In this document: piece by piece, positions 29,201-36,884 of the stretch
How the letters are laid out: the number at the start of each line of letters is the position of its first letter
Numbering within the stretch: position 1 is the stretch's first letter
Origin: a virus
Reading direction: 5' to 3' (one strand)
IMG/VR virus record: IMGVR_UViG_3300017781_004450
Span: 1 to 64,000 of that record
Length of the DNA stretch: 64,000 bases
Program-made: the position numbers and the translations under genes
Notes under the pieces: model-generated
What the model was told of the DNA's origin: nothing
Databases searched by the model: none
The model's input: only the letters and a program-made list of their open reading frames with translations

Positions 29201-29861
29201 TTTCGTCTTGACCTGATGTAGCAACATATAGATTTACCTTACTACCAAATGATGCATTATCAACATATTGTTTAGTTGCAGCAATCAAGCCGTCATATAA
29301 CTCGTCATCTGAAGGTTCTGGGCTTCTGCTTAAAATTAATGGACCAGTCATTGTACCAAATGCTACGTTTGGATTACCTGTTGACGGATCAATAGCATCA
29401 ACACCTGCTCTTGAAATCTTTGTATCTACATATTCTTTGTTTGCTGCTTCATCATCTGAAACAGGAGTATTCATATCTTTAATACGGTATGTGTTACCAC
29501 CTGATGCAACAGATAAGTTACCACCTAGCTGTGGGCTAGGGTCACCTGAGATTTCACTAAACTCAGTCGCAACAATAATTTGGTTTGAATTTGAAGTATC
29601 ATCTACTGTGATACCTAAACCTGCTGTAATCTGCTTAAATTGTAATCCGTCTGTTGTTGGATTAACTGCTAGTACAGCACCTTCTTGACCTAAAAACGTA
29701 GTGGGTGTATCGTCAAGTGCAATAAAAGTAAGTTTTTCGCCAAGTCCTAGCGAGCTATATAGTTCTTTAAAATTATCATTCGTCTTACGAAACGAATCTC
29801 TAATACTATCGCCGGTACCGTCGTTACCTATTGCGCCTATATCTACAATCTTACGTGCCAT
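23208..29861 (-). CDS. Large tail fibre/baseplate structural protein (2217 aa) with C-terminal autoproteolytic chaperone-like domain
   Basis: N-terminal NDGTGDSIRDSFRKTNDNFKELY; Thr/Gly-rich repeats; C-terminal ADLAEYY...VALQGRVPCKV.G.I.KGD peptidase G2/IMC-like motif; TAAATA at 29894-29899 and GGAG RBS. Confidence 0.75.
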   Translation of the reverse strand: MARKIVDIGAIGNDGTGDSIRDSFRKTNDNFKELYSSLGLGEKLTFIALDDTPTTFLGQEGAVLAVNPTTDGLQFKQITAGLGITVDDTSNSNQIIVATEFSEISGDPSPQLGGNLSVASGGNTYRIKDMNTPVSDDEAANKEYVDTKISRAGVDAIDPSTGNPNVAFGTMTGPLILSRSPEPSDDELYDGLIAATKQYVDNASFGSKVNLYVATSGQDERVGVSEELQGRALAYAYKTIEAALKRAEEIVLESLDDIGPYKKQLTFNNGSGTVTLAQIDTSPSSGAGFVGSARMSVDTITMNASGANYQAGDIITLQGGTGSNATIEVLSTATTPGAITTFKLVAQGDYTVLPGTSGVVTTSDSTFGIGATFDVTYKVNGVDISSGGNSYSLVSVRVVGTGATGSFGTAVISGGVITGIDIADAGSGFTTVGTVQVDLPRFLLKTDGYRTDYTGDVLTDTPVAFRTRDIREGLHLRGETSGALAQILAHDGSLDSNGNEIFDVDIKYGTFLIDEPISYGDITNQVQIAVLVESGIYQENYPLKVPQNVAIIGDEFRRVLIKPKPGTSSSPWAFQKFRRDTNIDGLTTATQLYGHHYLSDSTQPVYPKIDNKGAYRKSAALLKLNKSFIQNEVVDWIDTQIAGNIAPFTNTYTYIKTQCKRDVGLIIDAMIFDLKYGGYNRTISAGLKYYQTASGRKAITTQLSQTIAGLERAQLAIDYVVQNLALPGTVTTALQIIDTSFTAETGTQAVVAELFDAIEDVIDGSGSVNYPEENDKLDVFLMNDANIIRAVTGQGHGGFMMVLDPEGQILAKSPYCQESASFSKSKNAQTFAGGMFVDGFAGNLQFRHASSTSPTRIEVTGLDRTPQLPCSFIVDDTVFRVNYVRDFVFNKNGSSASFILDETTPFTRTAGPVTATITNANPAVITSSAHKLQEGAVVRFTTTGALPTGLVVGTDYFVSGVNLTTNTFQVSTSLGGLSVATTSAGSGTHSIERIYEVLMPGNRSMLSNDFTQVADMGYGLLATNGGLTEAVSMFTYYCYASYMSLNGAQIRSVGGSSAHGIYALVADGSDPLEVPTPTSLYNDLAQTVYSYFPSAGFANTQGGLFLYVDGYDYTPLNNSELEVDHGNVIYRYPVTSVSTNDLPAGVAKLNLTSDSTGNFDGLFAVIPDNAKMSLRSNSQVMLTGELVDVATRPSTGLILQEYTDVYRVLQFESSADSRGNYEVEFTAAAPGVGTFLATITATTATTNVATFSQNHGLIIGDTIVPRSTANGITASTTYHVISVPKYDQVVLSTSAGSAALVLTTGTPTIKCVVPHKQLFNYRLSFTSTGTLPAGITSGETYWVREENLTATNFELSSAINGSTPVTTTDTGTGTHSAIIEGLTVTTLRENYNYIDLTLYKPGEAKAGTTETCTISVASPAVITKTTHNFTQGDPIVFTTTGSLPTGINTSTHYFVHTVLDANTFTISVAYPTLSGAVQVDTTGVQSGTHSYYTPTGAVGDSSFAIVAVAPQERSRVQGSTFNFNGEVYVIDLFEDETVVGNPWARITLDRPLVDSLTQYEASYTVKSAVARGTDGANGKLTIRISLTRVTSHDLLEIGTGSYADTNYPTEIYGPSVNAFNPDTETDERNVGRVFYVTTDQFGNFNVGPFFRVDQGTGQVTFSAAIALSNLDGIGFKRGVPVSEFSTDSGMTDNAVDTVPTENATRLYIERRLGTTHGGAPVTSANLIPPISGGFMALDGSLAMKGPIDQGGFKLINVGDPTQPQDVVNLRNLTFGNLQEFTLSNLEANDILVFTGNNNDAINASVVGDIALGIDSTANTIDAQIQPGVIDNADVNASAAIEQSKLNMSDAQVRANDTGITQADKGIAAFDNTFFTVTNGWVTLTDGTITKAKLENVTGKSVLGNNLLSASAPADILMTTVVDQGGSVKKTQFSTTGFLRRTSSSSNTADVDYGIIEATANATASQLVQRDSNADASARIWNATSSFNINGNTSVGYGTSGSASYVRLYTGSSGSGGIYLQNGSLATDKRNLYDNDYHKFRTQNGVSLAPVEASQIVTTALTTGGNTTAGTVTGRWTLTGTTPSESRFEATYAADLAEYYEGDKEYEVGTVLVFGGDKEVTTSNKTGDPKVAGVVSDRAAYVMYAGCPGFKNLVALQGRVPCKVVGKIEKGDLIVCAGIHGVGTVANSDVRAGTIIGKAIEAYDSDHIGTIEVAVGRN

Positions 29862-29942
29862 CTACTAAGTCTCCAAGTATCTTATTCCTAATGTATTTAG
29901 CCAATAATTTTACAAGCCTAATGTAAAATAGTAAATACATGC

Positions 29943-30230
29943 ATGTTCATTAAAACTGAAAAAGTACATACTCACTATAAACGGCAGAGTAAACTTGGCA
30001 AAAAACACGAATATCTTCGTGAAAAAACTGTTGTTCACCTACAGTGTGATAACTGTGATACTGTATTTACCAGGGATCTAAAAAAGATGAACTCAAGCCG
30101 GTTGAACAACAACTACTTCCATGTGTGTACTAACTGTGATGCTAAACGTTTTGCTCAACGCAAAGGTGTAGAACAGAAACAAGTATGGGATTTGCCTGCA
30201 AACACAGACTTACCTTTATCTAAATTCTAG
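29943..30230 (+). CDS. Zinc-ribbon hypothetical protein
   Basis: CDNC and CTNC motifs; TAAATA (29932-29937)-N5-ATG. Confidence 0.6.
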   Translation: MFIKTEKVHTHYKRQSKLGKKHEYLREKTVVHLQCDNCDTVFTRDLKKMNSSRLNNNYFHVCTNCDAKRFAQRKGVEQKQVWDLPANTDLPLSKF

Positions 30231-30408
30231 TAGATCTACTAGTAAGTTCTTTTTTTACTTTTACTATAGTTTTAGGCTTTGCATTACTGCTACCTATATA
30301 GTCTACTAGCTCTTGTGTAGAGGTACACTTCATGTAAAAGTGTTGAGTTTCAGTTTTACCTGTGGATTTATTTCTAATTTTTTGTGATGGTTTAAATTTT
30401 ACTGGCAT
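30220..30408 (-). CDS. Small basic hypothetical protein
   Basis: 62 aa, TAATG-coupled to iscU. Confidence 0.5.
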   Translation of the reverse strand: MPVKFKPSQKIRNKSTGKTETQHFYMKCTSTQELVDYIGSSNAKPKTIVKVKKELTSRSTRI

Positions 30409-30836
30409 TATTCTGGACCGTTATTGTGTTTTCTTTTTAATTTTTTATTATCCCAATTCTCTATTGCTTCTTTGATTGATTCTTCTGCTAGGATTGAACA
30501 ATGTAGTTTCAATGCAGGAAGTTCTAAAGCATCTGCTATATCTTTGTCTTTGATTTGTTGTGCTTGTTCAGTAGTTATACCTGTTAGCATTTCGACAAAC
30601 ATGTGCGAACTTGCAATAGCACTACCACAACCATATGTTTTGAATTTTACATCTTCAATAACATCGGTGTCAGGATTAATTTTTAGATCTAACTTCATTA
30701 CATCACCACATGCAGGTGCGCCAGTCATTCCAGTAGCAACGTTTGGATCTTTAGGATCAAACCTACCAACTCCATTTGCCTCAGGATCATGAAGTACATT
30801 TTTAAATCTGTCTACTACTTTATTACTGTATGCCAT
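30408..30836 (-). CDS. iscU: Fe-S cluster scaffold IscU
   Basis: GAPACGDVMKL, FKTYGCGSAIASS and LP..K.HCS (three Cys ligands). Confidence 0.95.
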   Translation of the reverse strand: MAYSNKVVDRFKNVLHDPEANGVGRFDPKDPNVATGMTGAPACGDVMKLDLKINPDTDVIEDVKFKTYGCGSAIASSHMFVEMLTGITTEQAQQIKDKDIADALELPALKLHCSILAEESIKEAIENWDNKKLKRKHNNGPE

Positions 30837-30853
30837 AATAATTATTTACCTCG

Positions 30854-32125
30854 TTAGTGAGCGTTCCATTTAACCTTACTAAAGTCAACACCGTCCAAAT
30901 ACATATCCCACAGAGGAGATAGTATTCTAAGTTTGCCAATTACATTAAGCATTGTCTCTGCAACACTATCTACTTCTTCTACAGTAGTTGTTCTGCCAAA
31001 ACTAAATCTAATGCTACTGTGTGCTAACTCGTCGTCTCTGCCTATAGCTCTAAGCACATAACTAGGCTCTAAACTAGCACTTGTACATGCACTACCACTG
31101 CTTACAGCAACGTTCTCTAATGCCATAATCAAAGACTCGCCTTCAACAAAATTAAAACTAATATTAAGTATGTTTGGTACTTTGTGATCTAGTGAACCAT
31201 TTATGTATGATTCTTCAATAGTAGTAAGTTTGCTTAACAGTCTATCATGTAGCATTTTAATATGCTGTTTGTTCTTTTCCATTTCAAGTCTTGCGTACTT
31301 GAATGCTTCGCCCATGCCTACTATTTGATGTGTAGGTAATGTGCCTGAACGCATACCTCTTTCGTGTCCGCCACCGTGTATTTGAGCTCTAAGTCTTACT
31401 CTTGGTTTCTTTCTGACATACAGAGCACCAATACCTTTTGGACCATATGTTTTGTGTGCGGATAAACTCATTAAATGTACAGGAAGTTCTTGTAAGTTAA
31501 ACTCTATTTTTCCTGTTGCCTGTGCAGCATCAACATGAAACATTATTTTGTTTTCAAAACAATACTTACCAATGCCTTCTATGTCATTGACAGTACCCAT
31601 TTCATTATTAATATACATAATGCTAACAAGTATAGTATCGTCTCTAACAGCGTCTATAACCATGTCTGCTGTAACTATGCCATCTTCGTTAGGGTCTAAG
31701 TATGTAACTTCAAATCCGTCACGTTCTAATTCTCTACATGGATCTAGTACTGCTTTATGTTCTATCTTGCTTGTTATAATGTGTTTGCCTTTGCTTTGAT
31801 AAAAATCTGCAATACCTTTAATTGCTAAATTATCTGCTTCGGTAGCGCCACTTGTAAATACTATTTCTTTAGGATCTGCACCAATTAATTCAGCTACATT
31901 TTTTCTAGCCTCATCAACAGCATCGTCTGCTTTCCATCCAAAACTATGACTTCTACTTGCTGGATTACCAAATTCACCTTCATCAGTCATGTACTTGACC
32001 ATGGTTTCGACTACACGTTTATCACATGGAGTTGTAGAAGCATAATCCATATAGATTCTGTTACCCGATGACTCTGCATGGGTATCGATGGTCGCTGTGA
32101 CATCTCTGTGTTGCTTATGATCCAT
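30854..32125 (-). CDS. iscS: Cysteine desulfurase IscS
   Basis: [29 protein letters not shown] (PLP Lys), [16 protein letters not shown]-terminus. Confidence 0.96.
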   Translation of the reverse strand: MDHKQHRDVTATIDTHAESSGNRIYMDYASTTPCDKRVVETMVKYMTDEGEFGNPASRSHSFGWKADDAVDEARKNVAELIGADPKEIVFTSGATEADNLAIKGIADFYQSKGKHIITSKIEHKAVLDPCRELERDGFEVTYLDPNEDGIVTADMVIDAVRDDTILVSIMYINNEMGTVNDIEGIGKYCFENKIMFHVDAAQATGKIEFNLQELPVHLMSLSAHKTYGPKGIGALYVRKKPRVRLRAQIHGGGHERGMRSGTLPTHQIVGMGEAFKYARLEMEKNKQHIKMLHDRLLSKLTTIEESYINGSLDHKVPNILNISFNFVEGESLIMALENVAVSSGSACTSASLEPSYVLRAIGRDDELAHSSIRFSFGRTTTVEEVDSVAETMLNVIGKLRILSPLWDMYLDGVDFSKVKWNAH

Positions 32126-32148
32126 TAATGTATATGATTTTTTAGTTT

Positions 32149-32177
32149 ATTGTACAACAATTTAGTAATATTGTCAA
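32149..32177 (-). promoter_or_regulatory. Sigma70-type promoter for iscS-iscU
   Basis: TTGACA-N17-TACAAT; an additional TATAAATA late box lies at 32185-32192. Confidence 0.7.
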
Positions 32178-32262
32178 CCAACTGTATTTATACAACACAA
32201 AAAGACTATATGTAATGATTGGTTTTTATTTTTTATGCCGGGCCTAAGTGTATAAATACAGT

Positions 32263-32826
32263 ATGACCATAAAGTTATACAGAAAAATAGTCATTGAAGC
32301 AGATACAGCTCGTGAAAATCTAGTGCAAGAAAAGTTGCCCTATGAGAAGAATGAGCTTGAAGTAATGAGCAGCGACACACTTGATTATCACTACGGCAAA
32401 CTTGCATCAGCGTATGTTAAAAGATACAATGATAAGGATGGCGATGATGATTTTAATTATGGCGGTGCAAAATTACATAATTTGTTCTTCCCACAGTTAC
32501 AACCTGTTTCTGCAGGTAATAAACCTACAGGCATATCGCAGGAACTTATTGATAGCAACTTTGGTTCTTTTGAAAGTTTCAAAGAAGAATTTTCAAAAGT
32601 AGCTATGGGCATTCAAGGTTCCGGTTGGTTGTACTTAGATACAAAAGGACGAATCAAAACAATTAAAAATCACGGTTATAAACGTGGAATGAAAATTGCT
32701 TTGTTAGTTGACTGGTGGGAACATGCATGGGCACTAGATTATCAAGCAGATAAATCAAAGTACCTTGCTAATATTTGGAAGATTATAAATTGGTCAGTAA
32801 TCAATGACCGCATACAAGGAGAATAA
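32263..32826 (+). CDS. sod: Fe/Mn superoxide dismutase
   Basis: LPY...L, YHYGK, HNLFF, GSGW, DWWEHA; start moved to ATG 32263, 4 nt after TATAAATA (32251-32258). Confidence 0.88.
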   Translation: MTIKLYRKIVIEADTARENLVQEKLPYEKNELEVMSSDTLDYHYGKLASAYVKRYNDKDGDDDFNYGGAKLHNLFFPQLQPVSAGNKPTGISQELIDSNFGSFESFKEEFSKVAMGIQGSGWLYLDTKGRIKTIKNHGYKRGMKIALLVDWWEHAWALDYQADKSKYLANIWKIINWSVINDRIQGE

Positions 32827-32827
32827 T

Positions 32828-32998
32828 ATGAATCCTATTAATTGGGTAAAAGATAGACTAGAAGAAAGAACATCCTGGGACGGTGCAGTCCTTATTGGAG
32901 TTGGTGTAGTTGTTCTAATCGCAGGACCATTTGCGAAATTAGCAGCATATGCAGCAATCGGATATGGTATTTGGACACTATGGAAAAAACAGGACTAG
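32828..32998 (+). CDS. Small membrane protein (ERTSWDG motif)
   Basis: AGGAG RBS, two hydrophobic segments. Confidence 0.6.
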   Translation: MNPINWVKDRLEERTSWDGAVLIGVGVVVLIAGPFAKLAAYAAIGYGIWTLWKKQD

Positions 32999-33312
32999 TT
33001 AAATTAACTCAATCAGCGGTCGATCACATGACCAAGCTGATAGACGAACAAGGTAAACCCATCGTCAGACTTCAAGTCAAGGGCGGTGGGTGTGCCGGTT
33101 TTCAGTATGAATGGTCCATGACTGAAGCCTTAGAAGAAAAAGATGAAGTAGTTGACTTACCAAACGGTCAATTTGCTATTGATCAATTTAGTGTAATGTA
33201 TGTTGCAGGTACTGAAGTTGATTTTATTAAAGAAGTGTTTGGATCCCAACTTATAATTAGAAATCCTAATGCAACGTCAAGCTGCGGCTGTGGCGAGAGT
33301 TTTGCGGCTTAG
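32971..33312 (+). CDS. iscA: A-type Fe-S carrier (IscA/ErpA/HesB family)
   Basis: GGGCAGFQY and NPNA...CGCGESF. Confidence 0.92.
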   Translation: MDTMEKTGLVKLTQSAVDHMTKLIDEQGKPIVRLQVKGGGCAGFQYEWSMTEALEEKDEVVDLPNGQFAIDQFSVMYVAGTEVDFIKEVFGSQLIIRNPNATSSCGCGESFAA

Positions 33313-34326
33313 GTCATAATCTAACAAAGCCTTACTAGCAAGATTTTTTGCCTTGCTTTCGCACATAATATCTGCCGAGTCACGGAAGGACAAAGCCCAG
33401 TCATTAACTGTATTGTTAGGATAGTAATCACTATGGGCTCTAAGTTTTTGCTTTTTGTGGCCTGCCTCTAGTAACTGTTCCATGTTAGGCATTGTGTCGT
33501 GTGCAAAGTCTTGCGGTAACCATTCGTCTCGACTGTATGAATAATGTATCACAGGTCGTACACCACGCCACGAATCTATCATGCGTAGATATCTATCGTC
33601 GGTGGGCAGTATATATTCGCCTGTGCGGACCCAGTGATGGTGTATGTCCAATACCAATGCACATGTGTCGACAAGTTCGAGGGAGGCTTCGATGCCCCAC
33701 GACATTTCGTCGTTCTCGATTGTGATGCAGTTTCTCGCTTCTGGAGAAAGTCTTTTGTTAACTGCGTGTATGATACCGGCTGGACCTTGTCTACCTGATA
33801 TATGGACATTGCACTTGAAGTCTTGGAAGGTCTTGCCGTATCCCATCCAGCGTATGACATCGGTGTGATATTCAAATTCTTCTATGCTCCTCTCTACAAT
33901 TTCGGGGTTGTCGCTCGCAAGTACAGTAAATTGGCCTGGGTGCATCGATAGTCGGACATCGAGGGCTCTTGCCCTTTCGCCGATCGGTGCAAAGTGTTTC
34001 TCACAGTATTCGCGGACGTCTGGCTTACGCCAATAATAGCCCCAAGTAGGCTCAGTATAAACAGGAAGTACATCGCTACCCAGTCGTACCATTCGCAACT
34101 CATCTGTCAAACTCCCTACGTACTCTATCAAATTAGCATAGCTCTGTATGTTGTGGACCATGATATCCCACAAGCGTTGTTCTGCATCTTCACGTGTTTG
34201 CCTGTTGAGCCATTGTACTGTTGTACTGCGAGTATTTAGTGGTCGTTGGATCTCTTCTAGCAGTTTCTTCTTCTGCGTCTGATCGTGCCACATGTATTTG
34301 CAGGCAAAGCCTATTCTCTTATTCAT
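33277..34326 (-). CDS. uvsE: UV damage endonuclease (UvsE/UVDE)
   Basis: RIGFAC, RLSMHPGQF, NVHISG, IENDE, LDIHHHW, HYS, AHSD, CESKAK. Confidence 0.92.
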   Translation of the reverse strand: MNKRIGFACKYMWHDQTQKKKLLEEIQRPLNTRSTTVQWLNRQTREDAEQRLWDIMVHNIQSYANLIEYVGSLTDELRMVRLGSDVLPVYTEPTWGYYWRKPDVREYCEKHFAPIGERARALDVRLSMHPGQFTVLASDNPEIVERSIEEFEYHTDVIRWMGYGKTFQDFKCNVHISGRQGPAGIIHAVNKRLSPEARNCITIENDEMSWGIEASLELVDTCALVLDIHHHWVRTGEYILPTDDRYLRMIDSWRGVRPVIHYSYSRDEWLPQDFAHDTMPNMEQLLEAGHKKQKLRAHSDYYPNNTVNDWALSFRDSADIMCESKAKNLASKALLDYDLSRKTLATAAA

Positions 34327-34328
34327 GC

Positions 34329-35063
34329 TTATAGTATACTATCTTGTGAGGTTGATGTCAATCGTGAATCGCTTAATATTCTAAATGTTTCTTTCCAATC
34401 ATTAACATGATAAATTTTTGAACGTTTAAAGTTTTGTCTTAGTGCTTCGGCAATAGGAAAGTCATTACCTGCAGGATCACAACGATCGCCAAAAAACAAA
34501 ATACTATCGTCTTTATCAAAGTCTACAAGTATCTGACTTTTATCTGAACCTATAGGTGCAATGTCTAACCCTGTTTCTCCACCCACTGTTGCTCTTAAGT
34601 TCTGAAATTCTTTGTTAAACAAGTCAGCAATAAGATTTCTTTCTTTATGTTTAGTATCATACTTTGCATACAACTTACGTTCTCCTATTGTAGCATTACG
34701 ACCTACAACGCTAAAGTTTATCATACCTGGGCGTTCTTCAATATGTAGTCCTGTACGTAATGGAAACTCACTTTCCTCTAATTTGTCTAATAGGAATGTT
34801 TTAGCGTTATGTGGAAGTTTCCAATCGCTTCGTCTTACGTTTTCATTTGACTTGTATACGTCTGAACCGCTACAATTATAAGCACGTCTAGCCAAGCCGT
34901 AGATAACATTACCTACCTGTTCCACAGTTTTCTTTTTATCGCTACCTGTAACGAGATAAACTTTGTTTTCTGTGCAGAAGTCAAAAAAGAACTTTGAAAA
35001 TTCTTCGTCCATCTTCTGACGACTTGGCGTCAATGTACCGTCTACATCAAATATAAACTTCAT
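34329..35063 (-). CDS. HAD-IIB phosphomannomutase (eukaryotic-type PMM)
   Basis: FDVDGTLT, TGSD, IE.R.GMINFS..GR, FFGD....GND. Confidence 0.85.
   Translation of the reverse strand: MKFIFDVDGTLTPSRQKMDEEFSKFFFDFCTENKVYLVTGSDKKKTVEQVGNVIYGLARRAYNCSGSDVYKSNENVRRSDWKLPHNAKTFLLDKLEESEFPLRTGLHIEERPGMINFSVVGRNATIGERKLYAKYDTKHKERNLIADLFNKEFQNLRATVGGETGLDIAPIGSDKSQILVDFDKDDSILFFGDRCDPAGNDFPIAEALRQNFKRSKIYHVNDWKETFRILSDSRLTSTSQDSIL
34333..34361 (-). promoter_or_regulatory. Sigma70-type promoter for uvsE (probably leaderless)
   Basis: TTGACA-N17-TATACT, with the ATG 6 nt downstream of the -10 box. Confidence 0.75.
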
Positions 35064-35068
35064 ACTGA

Positions 35069-35209
35069 TTATTCCTCTACCGGAATATCAGTGTATAGTC
35101 TTTCGTACTGGTCCCAAAACATGTATTCGTCATACACTTGAGAACCGTATAATATTGCAAACTCTAGCAAAACTATTATAACAAGTACTTTTATTATTGT
35201 ATTAAGCAT
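35069..35209 (-). CDS. Small membrane protein
   Basis: Likely start ATG 35209 behind AAGGA; one TM segment. Confidence 0.45.
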   Translation of the reverse strand: MLNTIIKVLVIIVLLEFAILYGSQVYDEYMFWDQYERLYTDIPVEE

Positions 35210-35219
35210 AATGTCCTTT

Positions 35220-36044
35220 CTAAATTTTAGCCTTAGGATTTTTCTTTCTAAAACGATCAAACAGTTGTTTGATACGCTTCACCTTTGCAACAACATTATC
35301 TGTTTTTGCAAACTTGTGATGATTTGCATATGTAAATGCATCTTCAATATCTTTTTCAAGTTGACCAGCTTCATCTATGATAATTTCATGATCATGTAGC
35401 ATACTTCTACTAATAGGCACAAACTGTGCAAGTGGTGTTCCAGCTTTAACTAGAGTTTCTCCTTCTAGTACATGCCAAAATAATTGTATTGGAATGGCAT
35501 GCATGTACATAGGATCAACTATACCATACGCAGCCGTAAATCTTGTTTCATTGTTGTAGGTTACAGGCATTTGCATTAGTAACATATCGTCACTTGCTTT
35601 TACACGCCAAGGCGTTTCAACTTTAACTGCTGAATTCAAGTAAGGTTTGTTTGTGTTATCAGTATCATGAGGAATAAGTGGCTCAGTTTGCCAAGGTGCA
35701 TGCCAATTAATGTAATATTCCCAACCTTGTATATGGTAATTTCCTGTGCTAGGTTTTACAAACTTAAAAGGAACTTCCCAAGCAACACCACTATCTACTC
35801 CGGGACCTGTTTTAATTACAAAATCTGCAGGAGCTCTCATGATATACCCTGACTTCATAAGTGGCTTAATACCAGGACAGTTTTTAGAAAGTTGATTGCC
35901 GCTCTCAGGCCTAACTCTACGTGTTCCAACATCATTGAATCCACGGTCTGCTTTACCAGCAGGCTCAATAGGATACAATTCTGCTACATTTGGATCTAAA
36001 GAATAGAAACGTAGCCAGGATTTTTTCTTTCTAAAGTTAAACAT
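35220..36044 (-). CDS. Hypothetical protein (CPG...GY..APAD...GTPLAQ family)
   Basis: 274 aa ORF with its own consensus promoter. Confidence 0.55.
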   Translation of the reverse strand: MFNFRKKKSWLRFYSLDPNVAELYPIEPAGKADRGFNDVGTRRVRPESGNQLSKNCPGIKPLMKSGYIMRAPADFVIKTGPGVDSGVAWEVPFKFVKPSTGNYHIQGWEYYINWHAPWQTEPLIPHDTDNTNKPYLNSAVKVETPWRVKASDDMLLMQMPVTYNNETRFTAAYGIVDPMYMHAIPIQLFWHVLEGETLVKAGTPLAQFVPISRSMLHDHEIIIDEAGQLEKDIEDAFTYANHHKFAKTDNVVAKVKRIKQLFDRFRKKNPKAKI

Positions 36045-36050
36045 ACTTAC

Positions 36051-36079
36051 AGTATACAGTCATTATTTCCAGTTGTCAA
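36051..36079 (-). promoter_or_regulatory. Sigma70-type promoter (probably leaderless)
   Basis: TTGACA-N17-TATACT, with the ATG 6 nt downstream. Confidence 0.75.
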
Positions 36080-36878
36080 CAATTAACTTGTCTTTTACTT
36101 GTCCAGGATTTGGATCGCCATGAAATACCATGATAGAATTGTCTTTTGGAGCAACTATATCATCTCTAATAGTTTTAAACTGTCTTTGTCCGTCTTTCAT
36201 ATGAAGTTCAGTCTTATCTCGTATTTCCCATTTATAACTCATTACCCATTCTTCAGGCCAAAACTTAAGAACTTCTCTACAATTTTGCCAAATCCAATCT
36301 TGATCTCCATGCAGTCTTTGTGCCTGTGCCGGATTAGCCATAAAGTTATTATAAACGTGAGATTGTGTTCTTGCATTCCATGCCATAACAGAACTATTTA
36401 GGTATTTGTAGTTTGGATGAAACTTTCTATTAAAGTCTCTAATGCCCATAAAATCATCTAACCAAACATTACATAGTTTATCAATGTTCTTATGGATAAC
36501 AACATCTAAGTCCATATATAATATTCTACCTTCTAAAGGAAGAGTAGGATCAAACATGTGAACTTTATGCCACCAACCTCTTGCATAACCTTTATTAGGT
36601 ACAACAATATTGTTTACACCTTCAAGAGGTTTAGGATCGTCTGTTAAACAGTTAAAACGATATGGTACAGTAATATGCCTTGCGACCATGTCACGTAACT
36701 TTATAACATACTCGTTTCCGTACTTGTTGCCAAAGCGTACACAAAGGATTTGTGTAACAGGTCCGTTCTCATTCTTGTCTCGAAAGTTATTTGTCTTTCG
36801 CAGTTCTTTTTCTAACCGCCTGGCAGCCTTTTGTGCTTTACGTTCTGCTTTTGTGAAGTTGTGATTTTCTAATGCCAT
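36063..36878 (-). CDS. Glycosyltransferase (GT-A fold, GT8-like)
   Basis: GWWHK, YMDLDVV (DxD), NSSVM, GDQDWI, VFHG.P.P. Confidence 0.8.
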   Translation of the reverse strand: MALENHNFTKAERKAQKAARRLEKELRKTNNFRDKNENGPVTQILCVRFGNKYGNEYVIKLRDMVARHITVPYRFNCLTDDPKPLEGVNNIVVPNKGYARGWWHKVHMFDPTLPLEGRILYMDLDVVIHKNIDKLCNVWLDDFMGIRDFNRKFHPNYKYLNSSVMAWNARTQSHVYNNFMANPAQAQRLHGDQDWIWQNCREVLKFWPEEWVMSYKWEIRDKTELHMKDGQRQFKTIRDDIVAPKDNSIMVFHGDPNPGQVKDKLIVDNWK

Positions 36879-36884
36879 TCATTT

